Part shown: positions 10,217 to 22,800 of the stretch, piece after piece | Position numbering within the stretch: position 1 is the first letter of the stretch | Layout of the letters: each line of letters starts with the position of its first letter | DNA from: Amoebophrya sp. A120 | Taxonomy: Eukaryota > Protista > Dinoflagellata | Assembly (NCBI GenBank): GCA_905178155.1 | Contig: CAJINV010000034.1 | Location: forward strand, 75,350-139,349 | Length of the DNA stretch: 64,000 nucleotides | Direction of reading: 5' to 3' | Notes under the pieces: generated by a model | Databases searched by the model: none | What the model was told of the DNA's origin: nothing | The model's input: only the letters and a program-made list of their open reading frames with translations | Position numbers and translations under genes: made by a program

Positions 10217-12460
10217 TGGTTGTTATTGTGCTGGTTCTGTGCGATGTAGTAGTCGAGTCACCTGCTCCAGAACATGTCCACCGTCGAGCCGGCAAAGCGT
10301 TCCGAGGGGAATCCGTGATCGTTGGTCGCGGAGGTTGCGGGTTCTATACACGCCTGAAAACGCCCTTAATTAGCTATATAAATTACTACCTATTTAACCA
10401 TAGCTACTACTTTTAGGCATTAGAAATCAGGACTCTTTCTAGCTATAAAAAATCGCTAATAAAATTTTTGGGTATTTTGAGTTTGGGTAAGTTGACGCAT
10501 CCATATATCGGGATTATCAAATGCAAATATGTCTTCTGGGTCTGGAAGGATGCAAGGTTTGTCATGCTTGTCTGGCATGATGACTGAAAAGTCTGTGATG
10601 CGTCTCCAAGAAGAGACCCTTTTGCTTGTCATGCAAAGACGCAGTTTGTCATGCGGAAACCGCAACACTAAGCCCCGCAAATAATTCTCATGCTTGGCTG
10701 TGCATTACAGACCACTCACTATTCACAACTCAGCATTACAAGTTTCCAGACCCAGACATATTATTTGCGATGCATAGGGATTGCCCGCAACTGGATTTTC
10801 GAGCATTCTGTGCTGGAACGGGGCTGCAAAGTCTGGTCCTTTGACCCCACCATGGCCGTTTCGAACACACAACTCGGGTCGGACCCGGCCACCTACCAGC
10901 GATTACCGCAGATTTTGTCGAGTCAAACGAAGCGCCACCCGACCCGGCACTGGTTTTACTCCGTCGCCATCGGAACCACGATGGGGCAGGGCGGCGGGGG
11001 GCAGGGCGGCTGGGAGTCGACCAGTGTTTATAATCACCGTGGGGCGGGTTTTATCCTGTGCAAAAGTATCGTACTCGTATTGCAGTCATGCATTGCAAAT
11101 TTTTTTCTTAAGTTAAATCAGCATTACAAATTTTATTTCTTATGCTGAGGAAATTTGTAATGCATTTATATTACGAGTACGATACTTTTGCAATGCATAG
11201 GTTTCCGGTACAGCACAGTGACCCTGCGACACATGATCGAGCAGATTGCGAAGCTGCCGAAGGACCAGAATCTGCACGTACTGCGGATTATCAATTGCAA
11301 TAGCATCGTACTAGTGGTATATTGCTATACAAGTTAGCTCAGCACGACAAATGGAATTTGTCATGCTGATAATGCATGACTGCAATTACTACGAGTGTGA
11401 TACTTTTGCACACGATACGGATGGATGTGGAAGGCGCTGAAGTGCCGGTGCTGATGATATCCAATGCAAACATGTCAGTCTGTGTCTGGAAGATTGCAAG
11501 ACTTGTTATGCAGGTTTCCACGGCCCGTGGGGTGAGATCTGGGTCTGGCATGCAGGACTAGCATGACAGATTCTGTGAGATATCTATCTGATAGACGGGA
11601 ACAGGTGCACCAAAACAGGAATGATAGTATCATTCCTGTTTTGGTGCATGAGAAACTCCCTCTCCAATCGGTCAAATGTGCACACCAGCTTTGGGCAATC
11701 ATGCAACACAGATTTTGGCATGATTCAGATTTAGCATGACAAGTTGCAGTCTACATCCAGCCCCAGACATGTTTGCAATGCATAGATGAGTTGGCTCAAC
11801 GATAACGGAATTTTCAATATCCTGTGCAAAAGTATCGCACTCGTGGTAATCGCAAACATGCATTACAAATCTTTTATTTCATTTTCTTAAGGTAAATCAG
11901 CATTACAAATTTTCTTTCTCATGCTGAGGAAATTTGTAATGCATTTATAAGAGTGCGATACTTTTGCAATGCATATTCAATCGCATCGACCAGCTTTTGA
12001 TGGAGATTCACGTTTTCAAAAAAGGCCCGAACACGGACTTTCCCGCCATGCACAAGGCACTGGTGAGTGCTGTGGGGAAGTATATGGACCCCTTCTGGAT
12101 AAACAAAAACGGTCACTTATCCTGAGTAAAAACGTACCCACACCAGAGTTGTAATGCAGATTTGCAAAGACAGGAAGACTTGTAACGCGCATCCCCATGA
12201 GAGCCATTGCCAGTCGTGTTTTGGGATTTGTGATGCTGTGAACAGGATGAGCAGACGAATCTGTGATGCGGCTGCGCTTGCTAACCTGCACTACACTGCA
12301 TAGTGCAACTTGTCATGCGTGACTCACAAAACTCCTAGGCTTGTGTTGCAAAATCCCCATCCTGACTCTGGTGTGGGTGCGTTTTTACTCAGGATATCAT
12401 TCCCCCGCAGTCTATGAGGTCGGGTTCTTGAACCGCGACAGATTTAGGACGGGGAGGTAG
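10217..12460 (+). CDS. METTL24-like (Methyltransf_22/FkbM-related) methyltransferase, 5' end missing, 6 TIR introns
   Basis: Spliced motifs IGIARNWIFE, GCKVWSFDPTM, LRMDVEGAE, IDQLLMEIH, YEVGFLN; stop TAG 12458-12460; in-frame stop at 10201 and no ATG. Confidence 0.85.
10515..10776. mobile_element. Introner family B
   Basis: TIR TATCAAATGCAAATATGTC..TGGGTCTGGAA; DR GGGAT/GGGAT; frame restored. Confidence 0.9.
11052..11199. mobile_element. Introner family A
   Basis: TIR TAT....TGCAAAAGTATCGTACTCGTA; DR GGTTT/GGTTT. Confidence 0.9.
11289..11417. mobile_element. Introner family A
   Basis: DR CGGAT/CGGAT; splits LR|MDVEGAE. Confidence 0.9.
11458..11784. mobile_element. Introner family B
   Basis: DR GATGA/GATGA. 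Confidence 0.85.
11818..11975. mobile_element. Introner family A
   Basis: DR TTCAA/TTCAA. Confidence 0.9.
12118..12396. mobile_element. Introner family C
   Basis: TIR TATCCTGAGTAAAAACG; DR TCACT/TCATT. Confidence 0.9.
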
Positions 12461-13860
12461 AATGAGGTGTGGTGATCAAGAAAATTCTCGTGATGTGACG
12501 ACTGTTGTAGAAGTAGCAACTGCATCAAGACGAAAACCTCGACCTCCGCACTACTTTTATTGCCAACGTTGAAGCAGTAGATGAATCTGCGGCAATCTGA
12601 TAGTCACAGCGGACCGATAAAACACATTGCGCTTGATGTTCCACCAATGATCATCATCCTCGTCCTCGTGTAGCAGGCGTATGAAGAATAGAAAATTTTG
12701 TGCCAACTGATCTGCTCGCATTCCTTCTTCGGCTGCAAGGGCAGTTTAAGTTTTGTTTAGCACGACACAGAAATGTGGCTGTGGAGTTCTTGTCGATGGA
12801 AGTTGATCTAATTGCTTCATAATCTCGGATCAGTTCCTTGTACATTACCGTTGCCACGATCTGCACTGCAAAAGTAGATAGCAGTCCCGGAAGACGACCG
12901 ATGCATGGTCCTCGCATGCAAAAACACTTCTAGATTTTTTGTTGAGGACATGATCCCTCCCACCTATAGAAGGTTGTACTATTGGCAATATTGAACGCAA
13001 ACGGTCCTATTTCTAGCCCCTATATCTTTCTTCGAAAAAAATAAGGGAGCTGCGAAAAGGGAAGGATGCGGATGGTTTTTTCTTCTGGAAGATCAAGATT
13101 TGACTCCCATCAAGTAGATGAGATCTCTGCGTTGTGTTTCACATATCCCTTTTTCGTAGTTTGATGTGCTTGGAGGTAAAAACAAATCGGCTATAATGCA
13201 TGCCTGTTTTTCTGCTCGCGCAAAAGTTAATAATAGAAGGCATCAAATCATTATCATGATTTGTTGTATGAGAACGAATTGTATGAGTACCCGTTGGGCA
13301 ATGTGATGGGTTTCTAGAGCACAAGTTTCACGAATAAAGAACTGCTGCAAAACAATTGCTATGTCATCAAAAACTCCAAATTTTAGGCGCCGAAAGGGTC
13401 TCGAGTCAAAATCAAAATGTCTACAAAAGAAAGCTAATTTTCTCAACATTTGCTTAAACTGACAACTTCATGCTATTCCAACGACAACTACGACACTGCG
13501 TCACTAAGTACGTTTTTGATATGATGTAAAGCGACAAAATATGTTTCTTTTTCTATTTCTAAACTCGACTTGTTGATATTTCAAAGCGACAACAAGATTT
13601 TTCAACAACGCGACAAAACACCGCGACCTCTGCGATCAACTACATCAGACTGGAAGGTTGCGGCATTTGCTGTTTAGCGACAAAGCAGGCAAAAAGTAGC
13701 TTGCTGGCACGAAACTGAAAGTGCGGTGGATTTACTTTGCTACTCGGCTAGCTGTAGCTGCAACGGAGAAGAACTCAGAGACCCACCATAATTCCGCTCC
13801 TCCTTCCAGTGGCCTCTGGGATACTAGATCATATTGGACCACGACTAACATCCAATCACC

Positions 13861-16800
13861 ATGCCCAAAAGAAAGAAAACGAACGCGAGCGCCGTACTGT
13901 TTTTTTTTTCCTTTCCGGTAGGAGGTAGAAGAATTCGAAACAGGCGGAGTTGTGCACAAAACTTTTAGAACATGATAGTTTAGAAATTGTTTTCCCAGAG
14001 CAGGCTCTTTCATCTCGCAACAAACGTATAGCACAACGATGATGGTTTTTGATTTTGTGCATGACAAAATTTGTACGGAAGGTTCCGAGCGCATTAGAGT
14101 TAGTCTGAGCAACACGGTACAATTACCAGGTTCGCGGCCAAGGAGACCACGTGAGGACGACAACAGACAAGGAAGGTCACGGGCAGAATCATATTACCAC
14201 AGAGCAAGACAGGACGATGAAACAACCACTGCTCCTGACGCACAACACAAGTAGACCGGCTTCTGCTGCTGTCAACAACATCTCCTCGCAAGAAAATGAA
14301 TTGCAGGATCGTCATGTTGATGGTGTTGAAGATTCAACATCTGGAACAACACCACAAGTGGTCTCTGCGTTCTCCACTTCTACTTCCGAACGAGATCATG
14401 CTGAGAAAGCGAAAAAATACTACACGGCCAGTCGTCAGTGGTCTGGCGGACCAACCACGTGCGCGAAAAAGGTGTGGTCCTGGTTAATATCAGCTGAGCA
14501 GAAGGAGTATGAGTTGCAAAAGTGTCTGGGTCTGGAAGAATGCAAGTTTGTGATGCTTGTCTGGCTCTGGCATGACTCGAGAATCTGCGTTGCATAGGCA
14601 CGAAAGAGCCCTCTTAACTGTCACGCGAAAAGGCAGTTTGCCATGCGGAATACGTAAGACATGGCAGCCACAAAATTTGTCATGCATAGCTGCGTATTGG
14701 GGCGCGTCTATCATTCACTTTTAGCATTACAAGTTTCCAGACCCAGACATTTTTGCATTTCATAAGGAGCCGCAGCTGCTGACCGACCAGAAGGAACGAA
14801 AAGATGATAGTACTATTGCTGGAAAAGAGGATAGTATTGCTGCAGGAGGACCTGGTGGACGAACGACCTCCACACGAGCACGAACAGGCGCTAGCTGCTA
14901 TCGAATGCAAATATGTCCTCTGGGTCTGGAAGATAGATTGCAAGACTTGTCATGCAGGTTTATTCCACGGCCCGTCCCTGTCGTGAGGTCTGGAATGCAA
15001 GATAACTAGCATGACAGATTCTGATGTAAGATATCTATCATGCCTGTCTTGCATGAGAAACTCCCACCTCTCAACTTGGTCAAAACCAAAAATCGGACAG
15101 ATTTTGGCAATCACGCACCACAGATTTGCATGACAAGTTGCAGTCTTCCCGACCACCACCAGGGATGTTTGCAATGCATACTCGCAAAAATGCTAGTACA
15201 ACAACTGGTGGAAATAAAACTACTTCTACAAGTGCGTATTTGTGTAGTTCTCCTGCGACGAAGATTAAACCTGATGTTGCAAACAAAAGCGAAAAAAACC
15301 GTCTAATTTTGAAGACTCCGGTTCTCCTCACCGGCACCGCTTCAACCCGCGAAACCGAGGATATCTCCCCAGGACTCGGCCCCGCTTCATCTGCTGGCGC
15401 CAGCAGTTCCTCTGCTTCTTTTCCCAGTGCGACGACGCGGCTGCGGCAACGGGGTGGTAAGGCGAAGGCGCGAAGAGGTAAAAAGGGCAAAAAAGGCAAC
15501 AGTCTGGCCTCCTTCGTGGAGCCGGCAGAGAAGCTGACCTGCGCGGACATCAACTGCGCTGGGGAGCAGGCCGAAAACACAAACCGGACACCCCGCAAGC
15601 TGTGCTTGGCGCTTGTTCTGCTTGGCGGTTTTTCTGTTGTGGGCTACGTCGCAGCGCAGCAGTTTCTGCTGCGAGGTACTGCTGAATTTAAAAAACGGGG
15701 GCGGGCGGCGGCGGCCGCTCGTGCTGCAGCTGCAGAGGCGAAGGAGAATACCGGGGGCAGCTGGTGGAGCTCCGTTGCGTCTTTTCTCTTCGGGGACGAC
15801 GCAGATGCGGCAGTTCGCTCTGCTCCGCAGGAAAAAGAGAGCGTGGGCGAAAAGGAAAGCCCCGTCGGGCGGACCCCTGCTGCGTCAGGGGGTGTTGACA
15901 AAGCTCCCGTCGCCGCGGATGCCCTGGAAAAAATGCACGACGCTAGCAACACCAACAGAAACAGTTTGTTGAACCAGGTGCAGCCGCAAGGCGAAGATGT
16001 CGGACAGCACGACTCTGATAAACAGCACAGAGGAACGGGGAATGCAGTGACTACAGCCAACATTTTGACTGATCAAAATACACCTACATTACCTGGCGAA
16101 CTACATCAAACCGATCCTGACCAGCACTCGTCCACTTCTGCGGTACAACTATCTGGTGAGAAGCACTACATGAGCCAACAACAAGAAGCGAAAACTGCAC
16201 CTCCTACAGCTGCTGTTTCGCACCTACAACAGCAGCCGTCTACATCAACTTTGGCGCAGGGCAAAAATCAGGGGGTGGATCAACATGCAGTACGAGCAGA
16301 CGACGTTGGTATGAAAGGAAATCAGCCTGGTGGAACTACAACTTCCAGCCACGGAGAACCAAATGTGGGAGGTGAAAATAAAGGGATCATGGCACCTCTT
16401 CAGACTACAAGCGTGATGAATCTCGGCCCGCAAGATGAACCGGCGGAACTACGAGACCCTGTACCGCAAACCACGAGCCCCACCGCAGAGAAGAATTATG
16501 CATTGCAAATGTACTACGTATCGCGCACACGCTACATGAAAAATTATTTTCTCGTGAAGAAGAATGAGAAAATAAAAATCGGAATTCCTCACCCTCATGC
16601 AGATTCCGGGACAAGCACAAGAGCATTAGAATGAATTTTGTATTTTTTGTAATGCACGAAAGCGATTACGATTTAGTACAACAAGCCCGAGTTGTGCGTT
16701 AGTACTTTTGCTTTGGAGAAGAATGGTGGTAAAGGTGGTGCTGCAACGAGGACGGGGCCGCAACAAGTTTCTTACGCTCCGATCTCTAGGGTAGGGACGA

Positions 16801-19800
16801 AGCGGAAAGAGGAGGAGAACGCCCGGGGGATTGACGAAAGAGACGGAAAGAACCGTGAGCTCCACGAGGAAGAAACTCTGACCAGGAAAACCCAGATGGT
16901 GACGCGAAGCGGCCGGAGTGGAGGTCCAGCGTACACCAATCAGCGCGTTCTATCGCCGGACCCAGAGAACAAGGATGCTCCTGCTCCTGCAGAAGAAGTG
17001 GTGGCGCGACCTTCCACGGGAAAGATGGGCAAGCACTTACCTGCTCCAGCACGCGGTCAAGGGCGGGACGAGGTGAGCAATGATCACGCAGATACTGCTG
17101 GCAAAAACAGGATGAGCACGACGAAAGTCGCCGATGAAAGGGCTACGTCCTCTGGGAACAAAATTACCTCCGTCGTGATCAACGAGGAAAATGTGGTGCA
17201 AGAAAATTATGACCAGGACAGCGATAATTTTCTCTCCGGTGGCCGCGAGGAACCCGTGATGTACGACCACAACGGCGCTTTGTTATTGGAGGAGCCGCAG
17301 AATGAGAAAAAACAAAAACAGGACAGACTTGCTGAGAGCAACAAAAAGCAGCAGACTCAACATCATCATGCAGCTTCGTCACAGTCTAAGTCTTCCGGTC
17401 CGGAAAATGAGGCCGCGACAACTGATGATGGAAATTTAGTCACACCACGACCAGCGTCTGACGACATCGCTGGAAGAACCCCTGCGTTAGACACAGGTGT
17501 CGACCACGAGGTACTAGCTGCAACAACCAATACTGGTGGCGTTTCTATTGAAGGAAACAGGCCGGAGCAGATTGACCGTGCTGATGCACTGCAGGTTGAC
17601 GAACATGCACATGGTCATGATGAGGACGCCAGTGGAACTACTACAAGTGGTACTGGTACAACGGGCAGCACCTCCACCGCTGTGGAAGTCGGACTCAGAC
17701 CACCTAGCAAGGAGAAACAAGGGCGAGAGGTAGCGGAGATAACTGGCTTACACGGGGGCGATGAGGAAAAATCAGGAGGACAAGGCGGGATTACTACAAA
17801 TGCTGAAGATGCATCTTCGAAAATGGCAAGGGCATCTGTTTATTCACCGCAAAAGTATCGTATTCGTACTCACTGATTGCAATGATCTCCTATGCCTATC
17901 GCATTCGCAGAAAATTCATCATTACACATTTCACTTTTTCTTTTCTCTCGGAAATAAAATTTGTATATGTAAATGTAACTAGTTGTACTGGTGGAACTAG
18001 AAATACTGTACTCTACGATACATTTGCAATGCACATTGTTGAGAAGCCTGGTCAGACAAGTGGGGCGAAAGACGTTCACGTGCAAAAGCCGCCGAGCAGC
18101 ACGAGTAGCAGCATCGACGCCGCTGCTGATCCAGGCCAACAATCTGCTGAGGAAGGAACTGCTGTTGCTACGACAGAAATGCTCCCTTCGCATACAGAAG
18201 AACAAGGAGACTCTCCTTCAGCCAGCACGCTATATAATGTGTTTGTCCTTTCGGCAAAGGCACCCATCGTCGACCCGCTCATGATGCCTTCGACATGGGA
18301 GTTGGATTATCACCATTTAGTCCAGGGAAACGAAGAAGAGCTATCCGTTGCAAATAATATGTGTGGGTCTGTACAGAAAATCGAAGTCCATTGAGCCTTT
18401 TGCTTATTTGCGGATGAACAGCACCCTATGCACAAGGAGGGGCCACGCCTGACAAGGAAGACTTTGAGGGACTACGTGCGTCTGCCGCAGAGCAGCGCAT
18501 ATACGATTACGAATAGCGTTTTTGCATGACAAATAAGACGCCCTGCCCTTAGCCGTCCAACATGACAAATCTTGCCACGTACAATCTTCTCTGGTGTGTT
18601 CACCGCTCGAGGACGATTATTACTGGTTGAAGAAGCACGCGTGTCATATTTGCATTTCCTTTCAGGTCCCAAATTTTGAAAAAGCTTGACTTTGATTGCA
18701 AGTGCAATCTTCTTGGCCCAGCCCCAGACATAATCTTCGCATTGGATAGGAACTGGAGACCCATACCACTAACGGTGTCGTCGACGCATATGACAGAGTA
18801 CCAGGTTACTTTACCGACCATCGTAACCCGGATACTCACCCGCTGCTTCAATTCGATATTCCAAACCCCCACGACGAAAATTACGGCCAGTTCCTTTTCA
18901 GCGAACAGAATCTCAAAAGCGCAACTGTGGCAGCGAAACAGCTGGAGTTTTCCTTCAACTTTCCTCAACAAGCAATACGACAACGCGCAAGCAAACCACC
19001 GTCCGCTTATGCTTTTTTGTTGTGCGAAATGGCTGACGCAGCTCCAAATCCCTCAAATTGCTTTCCGGAAAACCCGGATGCCGCCACAGCAAAGTCTTGC
19101 CGTGTGATCCTGACAAGCAAAACCGCTGACGGGAAATGCGCACCGCTGTTCCTCGTCCGAAAAGCCGGCACGGGGGGGCCACTGGTACTCCTTTCAACCG
19201 ATAAAGTCACGACCGAGCTCTACGAGAAACCAGGACCCGATGGCGTCGAGGGATTAATTCCACGCGTCCTAACAAAGCTCGTACGCAACATATTTGCGGA
19301 GACGTCCCTGCTTGCCCGGTCAGCAAAAGCGCTGAAAAATATAGGAGAAGATGCACTGTCGTCTTGGTTGCCCAACGCTCTGGGGGCCCTTCTTGGAACG
19401 CTTTCTGGTTCGACTGCGGCTTTTGGTGTCGGTTCTGTGACGCGGGCGATCGTAAGCGAGCTTGTCGTGCCGAAGGTAGTGCAGTCGAATTCGGATTTAG
19501 CATCTTTGGACAATCTCCTCGGACGTCGTTTGCGCATTGCTACGAAATGGGCAACGAATTCTGGCTGGGGTTCGGGGGCAAATTGGCCACACGGAAGATT
19601 CCTGAAAAGATTCATCGGAGGAAAAGTGCAGGAGTTGGTTCCATACTATCTGGACTACTACAAGATCGATGTTGCAGCGATGACGGGTTTGGCTGGCGTT
19701 TCCATCACGTTGATCGCGCCATATTTGTGGAGCGAAATGTTCAAACAAACCGCGAGTCAGATAACCCGCGATCTTCAGCTTCACGTCTACGACAGAATAG

Positions 19801-22800
19801 TGGCGGAAAGGAAGGACAATGTGAACGATGAAGAGGACAAGGCCAGGGCACGCAAGATGGCGGCGGCAGTTGAAGCTTTCAAATCGAAAATGAGCGATGC
19901 AGCAGATTCGCTCTGGCGACCATTCGTCCCGCGTTTTGGGCTCCGACTTGCAACAAGGAACCCCGCCCACATGTTCGCATGGCACTACCTCGGCCTTGCA
20001 GCACAAGAAGAAGCAAAAAGCGCGAATAGCGGTCGCCGTAGTAGCGCAGTCATCTCTGCACTGAGTCCGCGTACAGGAGCACTGCTCGAGGCAGCGATCT
20101 TGGGCCAGCCCAATGCACCAGACGAGGGAATAATACTACCAGCATCAGATGAAAAAAATGCAGCTATCTTAGCACAAGCAAAACAGAATATTGACGAGGA
20201 AAACAAAAAGGACGCTGACGCAGCGGAGAAAACCCTGCGAGACCTCTTGTGCGCAGCCTTACTTCAGCCCAATGCGGTTACAGTACCGGCGGGGCGAGTG
20301 GTGTGGAACGCCGAAGACGAGCTCTGCTTCGTCGCAGAAGTCACTGGTGCAGCTGCTTCAGCAAAAATAGAAAATCTGGATACCGATGTGAAAACTGCTG
20401 GACAAAGCAACGCCCTCGCGGAAGACCCGGACGACAATACGGGCATGCGAATGTTTGGGACAGCCATTCCGGCGGCAATACGTACGTGGGAGGTACTACG
20501 TTCCAACAAGCCACTGGATTGGTTTAATAAAAGACGCAAAAATTCTGAAGCGCTCGCGAAGGAGACTGCTGTGGAGCCGAAGAGCGACAGTCTTGCGGAT
20601 GTGCTTGCCGGTGTTGATTACAAGGAAATACAAAATGCACCAAAGAAGGACATCCCAGAAACAACGGGGACTCTGTGGGACGACTTGTTTCCCGTAGAGC
20701 AACCGCTCTGGGACCCCGCTGGCATTATTGCTGCCTCAGAGGAAACCGGAGTAGCTGGCTTGAAAATGCGAAGAGTAGATTTTATCGGCGACTTCACGGA
20801 GCTACCTGGAGTAAAAGAATTGTTAGATGGAGATGGTGCAAAGAATCTGAATCAGAATCCGGCCGACGAACTTGCGGCAGAATTAGCAAAACATTACAAG
20901 GCACAGATCCTGGACCCAATGTTGGAGACGTCGCAGGAGAAAATACGCGTAAAAGCCGTTGAAGATGAACAGCCTGGTGGTGTGGGAGCTTTATTCGACA
21001 ACGCCACGCAGTTTCTTAAAGATGCAGTGCAATCGAGCACTTCTGACGCCAAAAGTGCCATGGAGGCGCGCATACAACTCGGCATTCTTCGGTCTGGTGA
21101 CTTGCTGACGAAGGATCAAGACGTGGCTTCGTCAGATGGTGGTGTAATTGAACTGCTGGTGCAAAAAGCAATTGATAACGCAGGCACCAGCGTCGGCGGT
21201 TCCACCTCTGCCCCTACCTCGAGGGCAACATCCCTCGATACCGAAAGTGATTCCCCTGTGCCTGCGGTGCAGCGTCATGTCGAAGACGCAACTTCGGCAA
21301 TGTCATCTTCCGTTCCGGGGAACAAGGCGGAGCGTGACGGTGAAAAAACAATCGGAATCGCGTCATCACCTCCTGACAACCCCGCTGTACGAACTCGAAC
21401 TCCTACTGCGTCTGGTGTTGACGAAACTCCCGTCCTCGCCGGGAGTGCAGCTGAAGTGTACGACGCCAGCGGCGGTTTGGTGAACCAGAAGCCCCTGCAG
21501 AGCGAGGATGTCGGACACGGTCATCCCGATAAACAGCAGAGAGAAACGAGGACTGCAGCAGCTACTGTCAAGATCATTTTGGCTGATCAAAATACACAAC
21601 TACATGGCGAACAACAAACCGATCATGACCAGCACTCCACTTCTTCTCCGGCACAACTATCTGGTGAAATGAACGGGAACGGCGCTGTAGGTGGTGCCGG
21701 TGCAGGTGGCAAGATGGGCGACAGCTATGCTTGTGCATTCCTAACTACGATGTCTGGGTCGGGAAGAGTGCAGACATGTGTCATGCACTTTTTGGACCTG
21801 CAGCTGCACCTGCAGGAAGCTCTCGAGTGCACGCGGAGCATGCCAAGTTCCCCGAAGCTTTTCAGGCTTAGCGTGCATGAGAAGTGCCAACTTGTGATGG
21901 GCGGCACCAAACGCTCACGCTTTTCCTTTTTGCTGGCTAGACAAGGCGTGCGCCTTCCTCAGCACCACAAGTTGGCATGTTTCCAGATCCAGACACATAA
22001 ATATGTTTGCAATGCATAACGAACAAGCTACGTCCACAACTTCGAGAAGCACCCCCGACCCTGCGCTGTCAGGACACGGGGACACAACCGTAATGGGTGG
22101 TGGTGACCACACCAGATTGAAGGGAGATGATGAGACCACGGCGGGAACGACTGGGACGGGCCCGGTTCAACTGGCTGAAGGCGGAAGCACTGTTCGTCAC
22201 GTGCAGCATAGTGAAGACGCAGCTTCGGCAGTGTCGTCCGCTATGGGAAAGAGCATTGAGGACACTACCGCTGGAAAATCAACTAGACCAGCATCAACAT
22301 CATCAAATTCAGACGACACCGCTGGACGAGGTTCTGCGTCAGCTGTTGAAGAGCAGGCAGCTGGAGAAACTACTATCGGGGCTTCGTCCCACGGGGAAAA
22401 GCCAGAACAAGCCACCGCTGCTGGTGATCTTCCCGTGCAGCTTGAAGACGTTGATGGGAAAAGCACGGCGAGCAGCACCACGAGCAGCAACAGCATCGAC
22501 ACAGCGGGTGAAGATGATCCAGCGCAGCATGGAGCTGAGGAAGAAACGGCTGTTGCTACGACAGAAATGTGGAGCAAATTTGGTTTTACAAGATTTGGAA
22601 CCCGCAGTGGCCCTACCCCGAGTTCGAAAGAGACGAGCCAATTTGATGAAAGGTGGAAACTCTTGCAAACAAAAATTGCTGCTGCACTCGAGAAAATGCA
22701 GAAAGTCGGGCCAAAAACTTTCAATCATCTGTGGAACAAGGCGGGACGCGCTGGCTCTGTTACTGTTACTCAGGCGAAGCGCGACGAAGTATTCGAGCAA

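Noticed and set aside
10349-10502. AT-rich intervening sequence in the METTL24-like gene as another introner
   Set aside because: Probably an intron, but no TIR or clear GT-AG is visible and the boundaries cannot be fixed.
18392-18394. In-frame TGA suggesting stop-codon readthrough or an alternative genetic code
   Set aside because: The stop lies inside the diverged introner 18342-18748; the standard code explains all reconstructed genes.
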